This document shows, piece after piece, positions 38,926 through 50,409 of a stretch of DNA of 64,000 nt (its first letter is position 1; each line of letters begins with the position of its first letter). Position numbers and translations under genes: made by a program. Source of the stretch: a virus (lineage: Duplodnaviria; Caudoviricetes); IMG/VR virus record IMGVR_UViG_3300021592_000001, positions 1 to 64,000 of that record. One strand, given 5' to 3'. The notes under the pieces are model-generated. The model made no database searches, was not told the DNA's origin, and was given only the letters and a program-made list of their open reading frames with translations.

Positions 38926-39516
38926 ATGTTAAGAGTAAAGAAGAATAGAATGGATCCCGACAATTACAATAGTACATTCAAAAATTGGCCGCCTTTGGTA
39001 AGATTTGGTCGCTGGGTCTATGGTATTTGGATAATTGGTAATAATTATAAGTCAAAAAAGAAGTACTATGGTGAATATCCGCCTACTTATCTGAAAAGGA
39101 TAAAGGCTCTTTTTCCTAATGCTCGGAATGTTCTCCATCTTTTCTCTGGTGTTGTTGAAAAGGGATTGTGGTCAAATGAGGTTACTCTAGATATTAGAGA
39201 AGAATTGAACCCAGATATCTGCTGTGATGCTGAAGAACTGAGCAAGCATGTAAGGGGTAGTTATGATCTTATTTTGGCTGATCCACCTTATTCTGGAGAA
39301 GATGCAGCTCATTACGGACGGCCTTTGATAAATAGGTTTAAAGTAATAACCGAGTGCGTAAAAATCTTGACCTCTGGCGGGTATTTGGTTTGGCTTGATC
39401 AAGTTTTTCCGATGTTCAGAAAATCTGAATTAAAATTGATTGGCACAATAGGTATAATCCGTTCGACTAATCATAGAGTTAGAACAGTATTTGTGTTCAA
39501 AAGGTTTAAAAGGTAG
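38926..39516 (+). CDS. Small DNA amino-methyltransferase-like protein
   Basis: YYGEYP, LHLFSG (motif I), DLILADPPY. Confidence 0.8.
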   Translation: MLRVKKNRMDPDNYNSTFKNWPPLVRFGRWVYGIWIIGNNYKSKKKYYGEYPPTYLKRIKALFPNARNVLHLFSGVVEKGLWSNEVTLDIREELNPDICCDAEELSKHVRGSYDLILADPPYSGEDAAHYGRPLINRFKVITECVKILTSGGYLVWLDQVFPMFRKSELKLIGTIGIIRSTNHRVRTVFVFKRFKR

Positions 39517-39526
39517 TAGGAGAAGA

Positions 39527-40330
39527 ATGAAAAAGAAAAAGAAAAATAAAGCATCTAGCAAGATAAAATTATATGTGGGGGACTGCATTGCCGTTATGAA
39601 AACGAAAATAGATGATGAAAGCATTGATTTGATAGTCACTTCCCCTCCTTACAATTGCGGAATAAAATACGATAATTACAATGATTCGCTCCCTAAAGAA
39701 AAATATTATAGGTGGTGCAAAAATTGGTTAAAAGAATGCTACAGAGTATTAAAAAATAATAGAAGAATAGCTATTAATGTTCTACTTAATAAAGGGAGTA
39801 GTAGAGAGGGTAGAGAACAGCCAGTAGTAGAATTCTGTAATTTATTAAAAAAAGTTGGTTTTTCTTTAAATAATATAACTCTATGGATGGATGAACATAG
39901 GGTAAAGCATACTGCTTGGGGCTCCTGGAAGAGCGCTTCGGCTCCTTATATATTTAATCCTTACGAAGTTATAATTATGGCTTCTAAGGGAAAGTGGGAG
40001 AGAAAAGATAGAGGAGTGTCTGACATTACAAGAGATGAATTTATGGAATGGGTTACTGGACGGTGGAGATTTAATCCCGAGCACAGAAGATTGAACCCTG
40101 CTCCTTTTCCAGAAGAATTGCCTAAAAGATGTATAAAACTACTAAGTTATGTTGGAGATACAGTTTTAGATCCTTTTGTAGGTTCAGGAACTACTTGTGT
40201 CGCAGCTAAAAAACTGAATAGAAATTGCATAGGAATTGACATTTCAAAAAAGTATATAAATATTGCGAAGAAGAGAATAAAGGAACAGAAGTATGGGAGG
40301 CTTAAATGCAGGAAGATATTCAAGGTATGA
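39527..40330 (+). CDS. DNA amino-methyltransferase, beta class (SPPY, probably N4-cytosine)
   Basis: VTSPPY, PAPFPEEL, VLDPFVGSGTT. Confidence 0.9.
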   Translation: MKKKKKNKASSKIKLYVGDCIAVMKTKIDDESIDLIVTSPPYNCGIKYDNYNDSLPKEKYYRWCKNWLKECYRVLKNNRRIAINVLLNKGSSREGREQPVVEFCNLLKKVGFSLNNITLWMDEHRVKHTAWGSWKSASAPYIFNPYEVIIMASKGKWERKDRGVSDITRDEFMEWVTGRWRFNPEHRRLNPAPFPEELPKRCIKLLSYVGDTVLDPFVGSGTTCVAAKKLNRNCIGIDISKKYINIAKKRIKEQKYGRLKCRKIFKV

Positions 40331-40395
40331 TCACGTAGTCAGTAGTGATAATATCAGTTTGGTAAGAAGGGAGAAGCAATAACGGGAGAATAAGG

Positions 40396-41146
40396 ATGCT
40401 AAAGTGCGGATCATGTGTCTGGTTAAGAACACTGCCGAGGTTATACAAAGGAAAACACGTTTATTGTTACGATCTCGGCTTTCACGATGAAAACAGGGCT
40501 TGCCGAAACTGGAGAGCAGACTTCAGTAAGTTGCGAAAGAAATCGAGATTTTCTTGGTTCTTGCGAAGCTTAGGTAAGCTCAAACTTCGTGACCTTGACA
40601 TCGTTGAACAGTTAATCAAACAGCAAAGAGACCTAATTAAGAAGAAGGCTCCCTACAAGATAGGGAGCCTGGTTTGTTATTACTTTATGAATAGATGGTT
40701 CGTGATATTCGTTGAGGGAATTATCTCCATAGACGGAGTGGCTTATATACAGGGCAGAAGTGTAGACGGTAATACTACCTTTACAGTACCCTGTACCTCT
40801 GTAAGACTACGTAAAAAGCTTCGTGTAAAAGTTAAAAAGGATATCAAAATAAAGGTAAAATTGAAAGATGATAGGAGGAAAAAACATGACAAGAGAGGAA
40901 CAGCTGGAAAAATGGATTTCGGGGGTATCTCTACATAATGATGAGCTTGATGAATGTTGCCCAGATTTCTCCTGCTGTTGCGAAGGGATATCTACTCCTG
41001 TAGAAGTCAAGAAGGCATTCAGAGATGCTTACATTCGAGGGGATAGTGAAGAAATGGAGCGAATGCTTTGGACGTTTCTCAGCGACGCTATACCTAAGAT
41101 TGTCAAGAATGATAATGTCCGTAGTGTAATCTTGATCGGCGAATAA
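40396..41146 (+). CDS. Two hypothetical genes (40396-40938; ~40886-41146 with CCPDFSCC)
   Basis: SDs; Cys motifs. Confidence 0.55.
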
Positions 41147-41151
41147 TAAAA

Positions 41152-41415
41152 ATGAAAAAGTGGTATGTATATATCCTTGAATGTTCGGATGGTAGCTATT
41201 ATACAGGTTCGACTTGTGACGTCAAAGGAAGAATAGAAAAACATAATGACGGTAAGGCTTCGAAATATACCAGGAGCAGATTACCTGTGAGACTCATCTA
41301 TTTGGAGAGGTTCGGCAGCCGCAGTTCCGCTTGTTCCAGGGAGCATCGAATAAAGAAAATGACAAGGAAAGAAAAGGAGGCACTTGTAAATGGCGAGGAA
41401 AACCCTCTTAGATGA
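41152..41415 (+). CDS. GIY-YIG nuclease (UPF0213-like)
   Basis: WYVYILECSDGSYYTG.T..R..HN.G...KYTR.R.PV. Confidence 0.9.
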   Translation: MKKWYVYILECSDGSYYTGSTCDVKGRIEKHNDGKASKYTRSRLPVRLIYLERFGSRSSACSREHRIKKMTRKEKEALVNGEENPLR

Positions 41416-41716
41416 GAGGAACATATTGGATAGTGATGGGACGTTAATAATTACGGAAAATGGTCGACAAAAGAAGTCAGACCCAACTGTAGTATTATGT
41501 AGAAAGCATGACCGTCCCTTCGTACGTATTGATCTTTCAAAGGTGTCAGTTCCAGTTGCCGCTAGGATTATCAAAACTTGGCTTAAGAAAAGCAATGTTA
41601 AAGTTCTCAATGTCGTCTGCTCCTGTTCAGAACATAGAGACAGAAAGTTGCTATCGTTGCTTCCATTCAGAGTTTCGATTTCCAATAAGGAAAGGAGGTG
41701 TAACTATGAAGCTTAA
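41390..41716 (+). pseudogene. Truncated SLOG / putative molybdenum-carrier (cpYpsA-like) fragment
   Basis: N..DSDGTLII ... PFVRIDL ... VLNV present, but N-terminal SGGQTG and C-terminal AGPR motifs absent. Confidence 0.5.
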
Positions 41717-41966
41717 ATCCCTTGCCTTGTGCTTCGCTTCGTTTATGCTAATAGGATGTGCTACTGTCAAATTCAATCCTGAAACTGGTGAAGTCAAATA
41801 TACTAGAATTGGAGACCAGCATATTCAAGGTTTTGAGATGGAGATAAAGCAAAGTGGCGATGTGATAGTTCGATTAAAAGGACAGCAGTCGAATGCAGAA
41901 GCTCTGACTGAAGCTATTCGTATAATAGGTGTTCTTTCTACATCATCTACTAAGGCAGTTAAGTGA
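41706..41966 (+). CDS. Small lipoprotein
   Basis: MKLK..hydrophobic..LIGC lipobox; AAGGAGG SD. Confidence 0.7.
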   Translation: MKLKSLALCFASFMLIGCATVKFNPETGEVKYTRIGDQHIQGFEMEIKQSGDVIVRLKGQQSNAEALTEAIRIIGVLSTSSTKAVK

Positions 41967-42008
41967 GGGAAAAGGAGGAGACTACGAAAGATATATCCGA
42001 ACGGGAAA

Positions 42009-42898
42009 ATGGATGCAGTCAAACCTGATGATAGTAAAGAGGAGGTGATAGGTATGTGTAATAACTTACACGAGGAAGGCTTCCGACCAATTCCAAAGCG
42101 TGGAGTAGGTTGGAAGATATTTGGAATAAATGTAGTACCTCCAGCCGATTGTGATACAATGATAATTACTTCAATACACGGAGTCGCATTCAAACGTGCA
42201 GATGACGGTTGGGTCGAGTGGAAGTGGAACGACGTAGATGAGAGGCATAGAGGATTTTGTTTCTTCTTGAAACAGAGAGACGCGATCGATGGTGCAAGGA
42301 AGTGGTGTCAAAGTATCGACTACTACGGTTGTAAGCCTTATAAAACATATATAGTGTTGAAGATTGAGTACGATCAAGGGTTAGGAGAGTGTAACGAGAG
42401 CAATTTTATAGAAGGAGAAGTCGTACGAATTGCACTTGCGAAACGTTTCAGGATTATTGGAGTGGATGGGAGGAGGTGATAGGTATGTGCAATAATTTGC
42501 ATGAAGAAGGCTTCCGGCCTATTCCGAAACATGGAGTGGGTTGGAAGATATTTGGAATAGGTGTAACGTCTCCAGATGACAATAGCGAGCTGAGCATAAG
42601 CTCAATACATGGAACTATATTTGAACGTGCAGAGGACGGTTGGGTCGAGTGGAAATGGAGCGGTATAGAAGAGAAGAACAGAGAATTTGGGTTTTGCTTT
42701 TTCCTGAAGCGGAGGGACGCAGTAGACGCTGCGAAAAAATGGTATCAGTGTATCGGTAATGATTGTAATCCTTGTGAAACATGTGTAGTCATGAAAATCG
42801 AATACGATCAAGGATTAGGGGAGTACAATGAAAATAATTTTATTAAAGGAGTAAGAACTGCACTTGCAAAACGATTTAGAATTATTGGTATAGAGTAG
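42009..42898 (+). CDS. Tandem duplicated hypothetical genes (42009-42479, 42476-42898)
   Basis: Both MCNNLHEEGFRPIPK.GVGWKIFG ... GFCFFLK ... ALAKRFRIIG. Confidence 0.8.
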
Positions 42899-43362
42899 AT
42901 ATAACTGTAGAAGAGGAAGCATTGGAGGTATTTTATGAATCCTAGTTATAAAATACTTTTTGAGGAAATAAGTAAGGCTCAGATGAAACTAAATCAGTGG
43001 AGCCGTAATTTTCGTCTTGAGATATTAGGTTTCGCATTGCAAGGTGAGAAAGTCGCTGTTCTTGTGAAAAGAACGCCTCTACCTGGAATTATGGAAGAAG
43101 AAGACGATGACCGCTAAAAATCGAACCAAATGCAAATACGGAGGGATAAAATGAATGTATTAAAAGAATTACAAACTATGATGCAGGTAATACAGAAGGA
43201 ATATGGGGAATGTGAACTATCTATCCGTGTTAAGACGGATGCAATTTCATTCGTCGTCGTTAAAAGGGAATCAGACGGGACAACTATCACGGTTGATATC
43301 AGTTGTCCTGTGAACAAGTTAGGAGGGAAAGAGAATGTCCATTAAGGGGGGGTGTATATTAT

Positions 43363-44028
43363 ATGACTCTGAATCCTTTCTATGTAGAGGCTACTACATT
43401 GGATGATGCTTGGCACCAATTAGTCTATAACATATTTGACAAAGGTTACTATTACAGAATTGATAGAGGGAGCTACGCAGGGAGCTACAGATGGGAATAT
43501 GACTGGGTCACAGTCCATATAACAAAACCATCTGAGTATCCAAGGGTCCCTCAAATACCTGAGAGCCTTTCTATTCCGCCACCTGTAACAGAAGATTATG
43601 TTGTAGACTACTTTAATAAGTATATTATCGGAAAGGAAAAATCTGAAGGTGAGAGCTACACTTATGGAGAGCGAATGCTATCTTCAAATCAGATAGCAGA
43701 AATAATTGAGCGATACAAATCTGCTCCGAATGATAATCAACTGATACTGCAAATAGCTATGCCATCGGATATAACACTTGATGATCCACCTTGTTTGAGG
43801 CACATAGATACCCGTATCAGATACGGTAAACTACATTTCTTTCCCTACTTTAGATCATGGGATTTGTGGTCTGGATTTCCAGCAAACCTTGCTGCCCTTC
43901 AACTCTTGAAGGAGTATATGGCTTCAGAAATCGGCGTTGCTGATGGCGAAATTATAGCTAGCTCTAAAGGTCTGCATATTTACAAACACGTTGAAGACAT
44001 AGCAAAGATTCGATTTTATAGAGGATAG
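43363..44028 (+). CDS. Thymidylate synthase / dUMP hydroxymethylase homologue (short archaeal-like type)
   Basis: YTYGER, PPCL catalytic Cys, FRSWD..G.PAN (Asn = dUMP specificity), LHIY. Confidence 0.85.
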   Translation: MTLNPFYVEATTLDDAWHQLVYNIFDKGYYYRIDRGSYAGSYRWEYDWVTVHITKPSEYPRVPQIPESLSIPPPVTEDYVVDYFNKYIIGKEKSEGESYTYGERMLSSNQIAEIIERYKSAPNDNQLILQIAMPSDITLDDPPCLRHIDTRIRYGKLHFFPYFRSWDLWSGFPANLAALQLLKEYMASEIGVADGEIIASSKGLHIYKHVEDIAKIRFYRG

Positions 44029-44063
44029 CTTGTTCACAATTAGTTAGCGAAGGAGGAATAGCA

Positions 44064-44426
44064 ATGGATACTAACGAACGAAGAGCTATTTTTGTCTATG
44101 AGGGAGCAAGACTACATGCCACTTACCTAAAGTGTCCTGTCATTCCTGCTCCCTGGGACGAAAGGGAAAGTGATTTCAAGGAACAGTTCGTTGAACTCAT
44201 ATCTGACTTAGTTTCAGGTAAAAGAAAATTTCAGGATTTTGAAGAAGCTCATGATTCTTGGGTGAAGAAATACCTGGAGATGGGATGGAGGTATGGCGAG
44301 AAATACGATCCCGCTAATAGAATTCATCCTGACTTAGTTCCTTATGAAGAACTAGACCCGAGAGAAAAGGTTAAAGACGAGGTATTTCTGAGACTTGTCG
44401 AAATAGCTAAAGATTGTATCTGGTAA
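44064..44426 (+). CDS. RyR-repeat domain protein
   Basis: HDSW......GWRYG...D...IHPDLVPYEEL...EK.KD. Confidence 0.8.
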   Translation: MDTNERRAIFVYEGARLHATYLKCPVIPAPWDERESDFKEQFVELISDLVSGKRKFQDFEEAHDSWVKKYLEMGWRYGEKYDPANRIHPDLVPYEELDPREKVKDEVFLRLVEIAKDCIW

Positions 44427-44877
44427 GGAGAAGTAGCAGTGGAAAGTAAGACTTAGTAGAAAGGAGGTTTACTATGACAATACCCTATGACGACTCAGGG
44501 AAACTTTATCTTTTAGATGTGATCACTTTTAAAGGCAAGAAATATAAGATGTGGATGAAGCACGAGGTATTTGACGAGATCGTTGGAGTCTATATCTGTG
44601 AGGGCAACCAGACGAAAAAGTATGTAGCCCACGGACAAATGGAGTGTATGAATACTTTTATTCCGTATGAGGAAAGGTGGGAGACATTCATAGATCATTT
44701 TCAAAAGGAAATAGATAGAGCTTTGAACAAGCCTGACGATTCTGAGCAAGAAAAGCCAGAAATCGAAAAGGCTTGGGAAGATGTATCTATGCTTAGATTG
44801 AAAGTAGTTGATGGAAGAGTAGTAGTGGAAAAGTCAGGGAGAAACTAAGATTGTATCTGGTAGTAGGAGGGAATTCC

Positions 44878-45468
44878 ATGGAAAGAAAAACTAAAGATCT
44901 TGATCTTATTGTTGTGATTGGATGTATTTTGTGGGCTTGCCTCGGATTTATTGTGGCAAGATGCGTCATTAAGGAAAATGTAAAAGTAATATATATGGAC
45001 AGATATAAATATAGGTATGTATTGGATGACGAAATGATAACTGTTGCAAAATATATAAGATTAGTTAATCGAAAAGTCCCTGAAAGTGTAGCTAACAGAA
45101 TTGCTTATGAAGTTGTTAGTCAATCAAGAAAGGAATCACTTCCATTTGAATTAGTACTTGCTATAATAGAAGTTGAGTCAACTTTCAATCCTATGGCTAC
45201 CTCTTCAAAAAACGCCCGTGGTCTTATGCAGGTTTTATATGGAAATAACGATATCAATAAAATTTATAATATAGATTATAATATTAGTCGTGGTATAGAG
45301 ATTCTGAAGATGTGTCTGTCTGAGTCGAAAGGCGACCTGTCGGCAGCTCTTTATAAATACGTCGGAGGAAGCGACAAGTATAAGGAGAAAGTATTAAGAA
45401 GTATTGGTAGTTTTATCCTGTTTAGGAGTATCGAATATGCGAAAGGAAGGGGACATACGAATAGATAA
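44878..45468 (+). CDS. Lytic transglycosylase (SLT) with N-terminal membrane anchor
   Basis: AIIEVES.FNP.A.S..ARGLMQV, NI..G, AL..Y.G. Confidence 0.9.
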   Translation: MERKTKDLDLIVVIGCILWACLGFIVARCVIKENVKVIYMDRYKYRYVLDDEMITVAKYIRLVNRKVPESVANRIAYEVVSQSRKESLPFELVLAIIEVESTFNPMATSSKNARGLMQVLYGNNDINKIYNIDYNISRGIEILKMCLSESKGDLSAALYKYVGGSDKYKEKVLRSIGSFILFRSIEYAKGRGHTNR

Positions 45469-46591
45469 TCTAACGTCTCTCTTGGAAGAGAGACTAAATA
45501 AGGTAGAACAGAATATAAACCCAGAATCAGTTTATTTAGTTTTGTCTATACTAGGACTGGAGTGTGTAGAGAAACTCCAATGCAAAACTTGCTCCAGGGA
45601 GGAACAGATAAGATGTCTGAAAATGTATGCAGGCAGAGCGAAGCTGTTATGGCATAACTTATTGACGGATACAGATCACAGATGGGCTAAAAAGTTGTAT
45701 TATTCAAAGTTATTCGATCTTATCGACTCAATGTTGAAAGACGCTAATATTACTACCAGATTATGGCATAAGGAACTTCAGAGATGGGTCCCATTTATAG
45801 ATATTCAAGGGAATAAGGTACTGATAGTTGTCGGAGATAAAATAGTCGAGTCTCCTATGAGTTTGTATGATCCGTCTGTAAAGACTGATGCCGACGTTGA
45901 AAGGCTAAAGTCTGAAGAAAAAGAGAGGGAATTTGAAAAAGCCAAGATGATGGCGAAACTGCAAACTGAGATAAAAAAGGTGAGATTCACTCTTAAGCGG
46001 GAATATATTTTAAGAGTCAAACAGAAGGTAACCTTGGATATCTCTAAATATGATCTACTTCTCCTCCGTAGGAAAACCCATAAATTGTTCGTCTGGAGAA
46101 AGGATAATAGCGTATGGATAATCCCGACAGAGAAGGTGTGGGGATTGAAGGTGGCTAAGGCGAGACGTGAAGCACTCGATTACCTAAAGGCAAATGCACG
46201 ATGCATTTATACTCCATCTTCTTAAGGAGGTGATGCTATGAAGAAGACAGAAAATAAAACTATAAACGCATTAACAAAGATGGTCTTAAGAGACATAAAC
46301 ACGCTTAGGACGAATATGAACGTAGTCCGCAGAAACCCGACAGATATACTGATAGCTATACAGTTTGATGACGGCCATATTCACACTATTCTCCCTCACA
46401 TGGAAGTAGTCAGATCGATGGTGAATGTGCTGCTCATGCAATTGGATGAATACGATCGGAAGGATGAGATACAGCAAGAGCCTAGACCTATTCCTACACC
46501 ACCAATTCGCCCAGTTTCATTGGAGGAAGGCAAGAAAAATATAGATGAGAAAGCAGAAAAAAGAGAAGATCAGGAGAATAAAACAGAGTAG
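45437..46591 (+). CDS. Two hypothetical genes (45437-46225; 46238-46591)
   Basis: Long ORFs in the dominant orientation. Confidence 0.55.
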
Positions 46592-46600
46592 GAGAACGAT

Positions 46601-47311
46601 ATGATTTGTGCTAAACTGTTTTATGCTAAAAATAAACTAGAAAAAGAAGAATGTGACTTACTGTTTAAATATGCTCTTGGTTTGTCTGCTTCTTATCCGA
46701 TCAATAATATTGTTCGCAGAAGGCAAATCCAGGACATCAAGTATTTTCTAGACTATTCTTATTATAGTCTAAGTTGTTTATGGAGATCTGTAGTGTCGGT
46801 ATTAGCTTGTGGCGAAGATGTGAAGAAGGCTTGTACCATCTTCGGTTCTACTGTCAGAGATGTTATGTATATATTAGATGACTGCTTGGACAAGAAGGAA
46901 ATTTCTGTTCTTGTGCGTAGAAAGACGAAGTTAAACCGCTTAAAGAAAACGGAATTATGGGACATAGCTTTCGACAACATGAGGATGATAGATAATCTTG
47001 TTGAGAAGAAACTGAGGTTCGTATATTTGTCTAATTGCTTTGAAAAGGATGATTTTGTAAATGATACATTTATTGCCGTCCTACGGTATCTATACAAGAG
47101 AGATTGGCAGACAAAAACTTTCCTGGTAAACGGAGTTCGGAAATGTATAGTTAATCATATTGTCAATCTTATATACAGATACACTGCTCAGTGTAGAAAT
47201 AGGCTAAGGTATGGAGATAATGGTTGGGAGAACATAATAGTTCCTGAGGAACTTGGAGCGGCAGAACTTCAAATGAGCAATTGGAGGAGAGTTGATCACG
47301 CTCAAGTCTGA
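46601..47311 (+). CDS. Hypothetical protein, C-half weakly like sigma70 region 2
   Basis: DDFVNDTFIAVL...I.NHI.NL..R pattern only. Confidence 0.35.
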   Translation: MICAKLFYAKNKLEKEECDLLFKYALGLSASYPINNIVRRRQIQDIKYFLDYSYYSLSCLWRSVVSVLACGEDVKKACTIFGSTVRDVMYILDDCLDKKEISVLVRRKTKLNRLKKTELWDIAFDNMRMIDNLVEKKLRFVYLSNCFEKDDFVNDTFIAVLRYLYKRDWQTKTFLVNGVRKCIVNHIVNLIYRYTAQCRNRLRYGDNGWENIIVPEELGAAELQMSNWRRVDHAQV

Positions 47312-47334
47312 AGTTCCAAATCGTCTTCACATAA

Positions 47335-49648
47335 GTGATGAAACTAAGGAGGCTTGAAATGAGTCTGTGCGTTCTTTTACAGATAAGTTGGGTAGGAGGA
47401 ACGCCCGGTGAAGTTGTCCCCATCGCTGAAAAGCACTATAACGCTTTAAATGAAAGGTATCATCTTATAGCATTGGAGCTTAGAAGCAAGGGATTTAGAG
47501 AAGGTTTTAAATTACTTAAAGAACAGCCTAGTGAAGAAGCAATCAAGTTCCTGAAAGGTATTCGTGATTGTAGATGTCACTATGAAGGGACTAAAGGGAC
47601 ATTCTGGTCCTGGGGTACTGTAGGGAACTGTTTGATTGTATCTCGTATAGTCAAAGAGCTTATTCCATTTTTCCATGATCTCTATTCTAAAAAGGTATTA
47701 GTTAGTCGTGATAGGATAATAGCTTTATCTGAGCGGGAAGATGCAGAAGCTGTAGAGATAATCTTGTTACGATGGACTGGCTCTGAAGTGAAGATAGACA
47801 CCTTTAGAGATGATAAATGGTTTTGGGGAGTGTGACAAAAGGAGAAATATTGACAGAACTCGTGAAGGGAAGGAGGTGAGACTATGGAAGAAATAACAAT
47901 TGAAATCTATTTTGACGATTTAAAGGAAGAAAAACAGAAGGAAATTCTACAAGCCTATGGAGTGGATAGGCTGCAGAAAACGAACTGTCCTTTACTATAT
48001 CTTACAGTAAAAAGAAGCCTTTATAGTGAGAGAAAGGAGTGAAATAGTATGAATATAAGAAAAGAAATATTGAGAAATGCATACTTTGAGTTAACTCGAA
48101 TTGTTTTTAAGTTTGAGTCTTGTAAAGCGTGTCCGCTCAGGGAAACAGTAGGAAAAGGTTTCAAGGTTTGCTCTTTGGTGTCGGATGATCACAGAATTGA
48201 TGAAGCCAGTGATGATTTTCCTATATGGTGTCCTTTGAGGCTTAGCGGAGGCTATGAGGATTATGAGAAAGTAGTTGAGGAATTGAGACGTCGTTTGGAA
48301 GGAGTTGCTATCTATTGTAACTGGAGAAAAGTAGAGGTCTCGAATATCAGTGAGATGGTTGTTACATTTAAGTCTGAGGAAGCTCCAGTGGAAGTAGACA
48401 TCAAATTGATGTATTCCAATGGTATTTGGATTCCCTTTGTAAAAACAAAGCTTAATCTATTTCCTGATATAAGCTTGGATGAAGCGAAAACTCAGATAGA
48501 GAGGGCTGAGAGCTTTGTTAAGGGAGTTGAATATCTTGTACCAAGTGTTTCTTGGTGGTGAGAAAGGAGGCAGTTATGCACGGAAGAATATTTGTAATTG
48601 TAGACGAAGACTCTTTGAAAAATGGCGACAGATTTTGTCCATTCGTGGCGGCCGATATGGTGGACTGGATTCCTGGTTGTGAATATGTCGTAAAAGAATC
48701 TGAAAGAGATTTTAAGGAGAGCCTTAATTGGTTATCAGAATGTCTCAACTTTGACCTAAAAATTGAATTTAAGGACTTAGATGGAAAGAAGGTTCTTGTT
48801 GGAACGATCAGTCAAGATGGAGTCAAGGGCCTGATTCAGGCTATAGAAGAAGAGAAAAAGATACGACTAAGAGCCATTAGAGAGGAACTTAAAAAGGAGA
48901 ACCCTGATATGTGGAGAATTGCTTATCTCGCTTACAATAACAACACTTTCTACTTTGTGCTACCCCAGGGTGAATTCTCCAATGAAATGGACTTTCTTAA
49001 ATCTTTAAGACAGTTCCAAAAGGAATATAACGGATCTCTTTTTATCACGGAAAGCTATGGTTACCAACTGTCGAAGTTTGTTATCAAGACGACTGAGTAG
49101 CCTAGCTATTAAGTAAGACACCAATCTTGGTCAATAGCTTCTTATATAATCAATCTTAAAATGAGGAGGACAATTATGCAAAAGTTGATAGAGGAAACCA
49201 TTGAAAAGGTAGGGAATCCATCTTCTAACGAAGATGTTTTCAATGAACTAGCTCAACGTATAGCAATAACCTCTATACGGAACTTCAGCGGTAGTCGGCT
49301 CTGGGCAGGGCTAAGAATAGCTTTTGCAGTGGCCGAATTTGGAAACTGTTTCTATGATCAAAACTGACAAATCCTAAATCTCATAGGAGGACGTCGATGG
49401 AGTTTATTGTTTCAAGAACTTCTATAGAAAATGGAGACGATAGCCCTTGCAAGGAAGCTTATAGAAAGATTTATAAGAGAGATAATCTTCCAGTAGACTA
49501 CTGGCCAAAAGAGACGGAAGCATGGTTTATACGGCTTAACTCTCTGGAAGAGCTGCTGGACTTCGTGGACAAGTACGATAGAATCATCTTAACACGGGAC
49601 TGCAATAAGTCCTGGTGGATAGAAATATATGATGATTATCGAGAATGA
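47335..49648 (+). CDS. Last run of + strand hypothetical genes (~47359, 47884, 48049, 48576, 49176, 49397)
   Basis: SDs; ends at the convergence with the - strand block near 49650-49680. Confidence 0.5.
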
Positions 49649-49678
49649 ACGTAGGGGATGTCACAGCTGAATCCCGAT

Positions 49679-50191
49679 TCATTTTCCTTTTGAGACAATT
49701 ACGAACCTATCATCGAGATACTTCTCTAGGAGAGGTCTCACAGTTTTATACTTTAGTTCTCCTGCTCCACATCCAGGTCTTGGCAGATGAATGTTTGTTA
49801 GTTTCCGTTTATTTGCAAGGGTCACTAGTTGCTTACAGCTCTGCTCTATTACCCTGAGATCAGCTTTCGCAGCCCACCCTGGGACTGTATCACCTATACG
49901 GAAACGATGCCTCATGTGTTTGACTGCATTTGAGCCGTTGAATACAGCAGTCCTAGGTTTCACGGGGAATGAGATAATACGCTTTCCGTCAGCCTGAACA
50001 CCTAGGTCAAACACACGATTCCCGTGCTTTGCTATATACCTTCCGAGCTTCAAGGGCAGTTTCGGATACCGCAATTTGGCTTCATAAGCACATCCTCTTC
50101 CCATTACGCACTCACCATTGGATTTCACGAAGCCATTTGTAGTTATACAGAGGATTTCAGCAGTCCAGAGGTCTTTGATTTGCTCTATCAT
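49679..50191 (-). CDS. Macrodomain ADP-ribose hydrolase (DarG/Poa1p-like)
   Basis: ITTNG.V...G..VMGRG.A, SFPVK, LPRPGCGAG.L. Confidence 0.85.
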   Translation of the reverse strand: MIEQIKDLWTAEILCITTNGFVKSNGECVMGRGCAYEAKLRYPKLPLKLGRYIAKHGNRVFDLGVQADGKRIISFPVKPRTAVFNGSNAVKHMRHRFRIGDTVPGWAAKADLRVIEQSCKQLVTLANKRKLTNIHLPRPGCGAGELKYKTVRPLLEKYLDDRFVIVSKGK

Positions 50192-50409
50192 CTGATTTTC
50201 CTCTTTGCACATTTAGAACAGAGTTCGAGGTAAAAGGGTGGAGGGTTGGGGTTTATTGCTTCGGGATTATATATTTCACTGGCATTTAAGGGGATAGTCT
50301 CTCCGCACTTGACACACCAGCGGCTTCCTCTTTTTTTGAGAAGCGACTTATCCTTTGGAGAAGATATTTTTCTGATTCGTCTGTTTTTCATTTATATCCT
50401 CCCTCGATT

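Noticed and set aside
38129-41415. Restriction-modification system (MTases + GIY-YIG)
   Set aside because: The GIY-YIG is a short UPF0213-like protein two genes away; no REase-sized partner, so the MTases look orphan
46601-47311. Confident phage sigma factor
   Set aside because: Only a weak region-2-like pattern and no region-4 HTH
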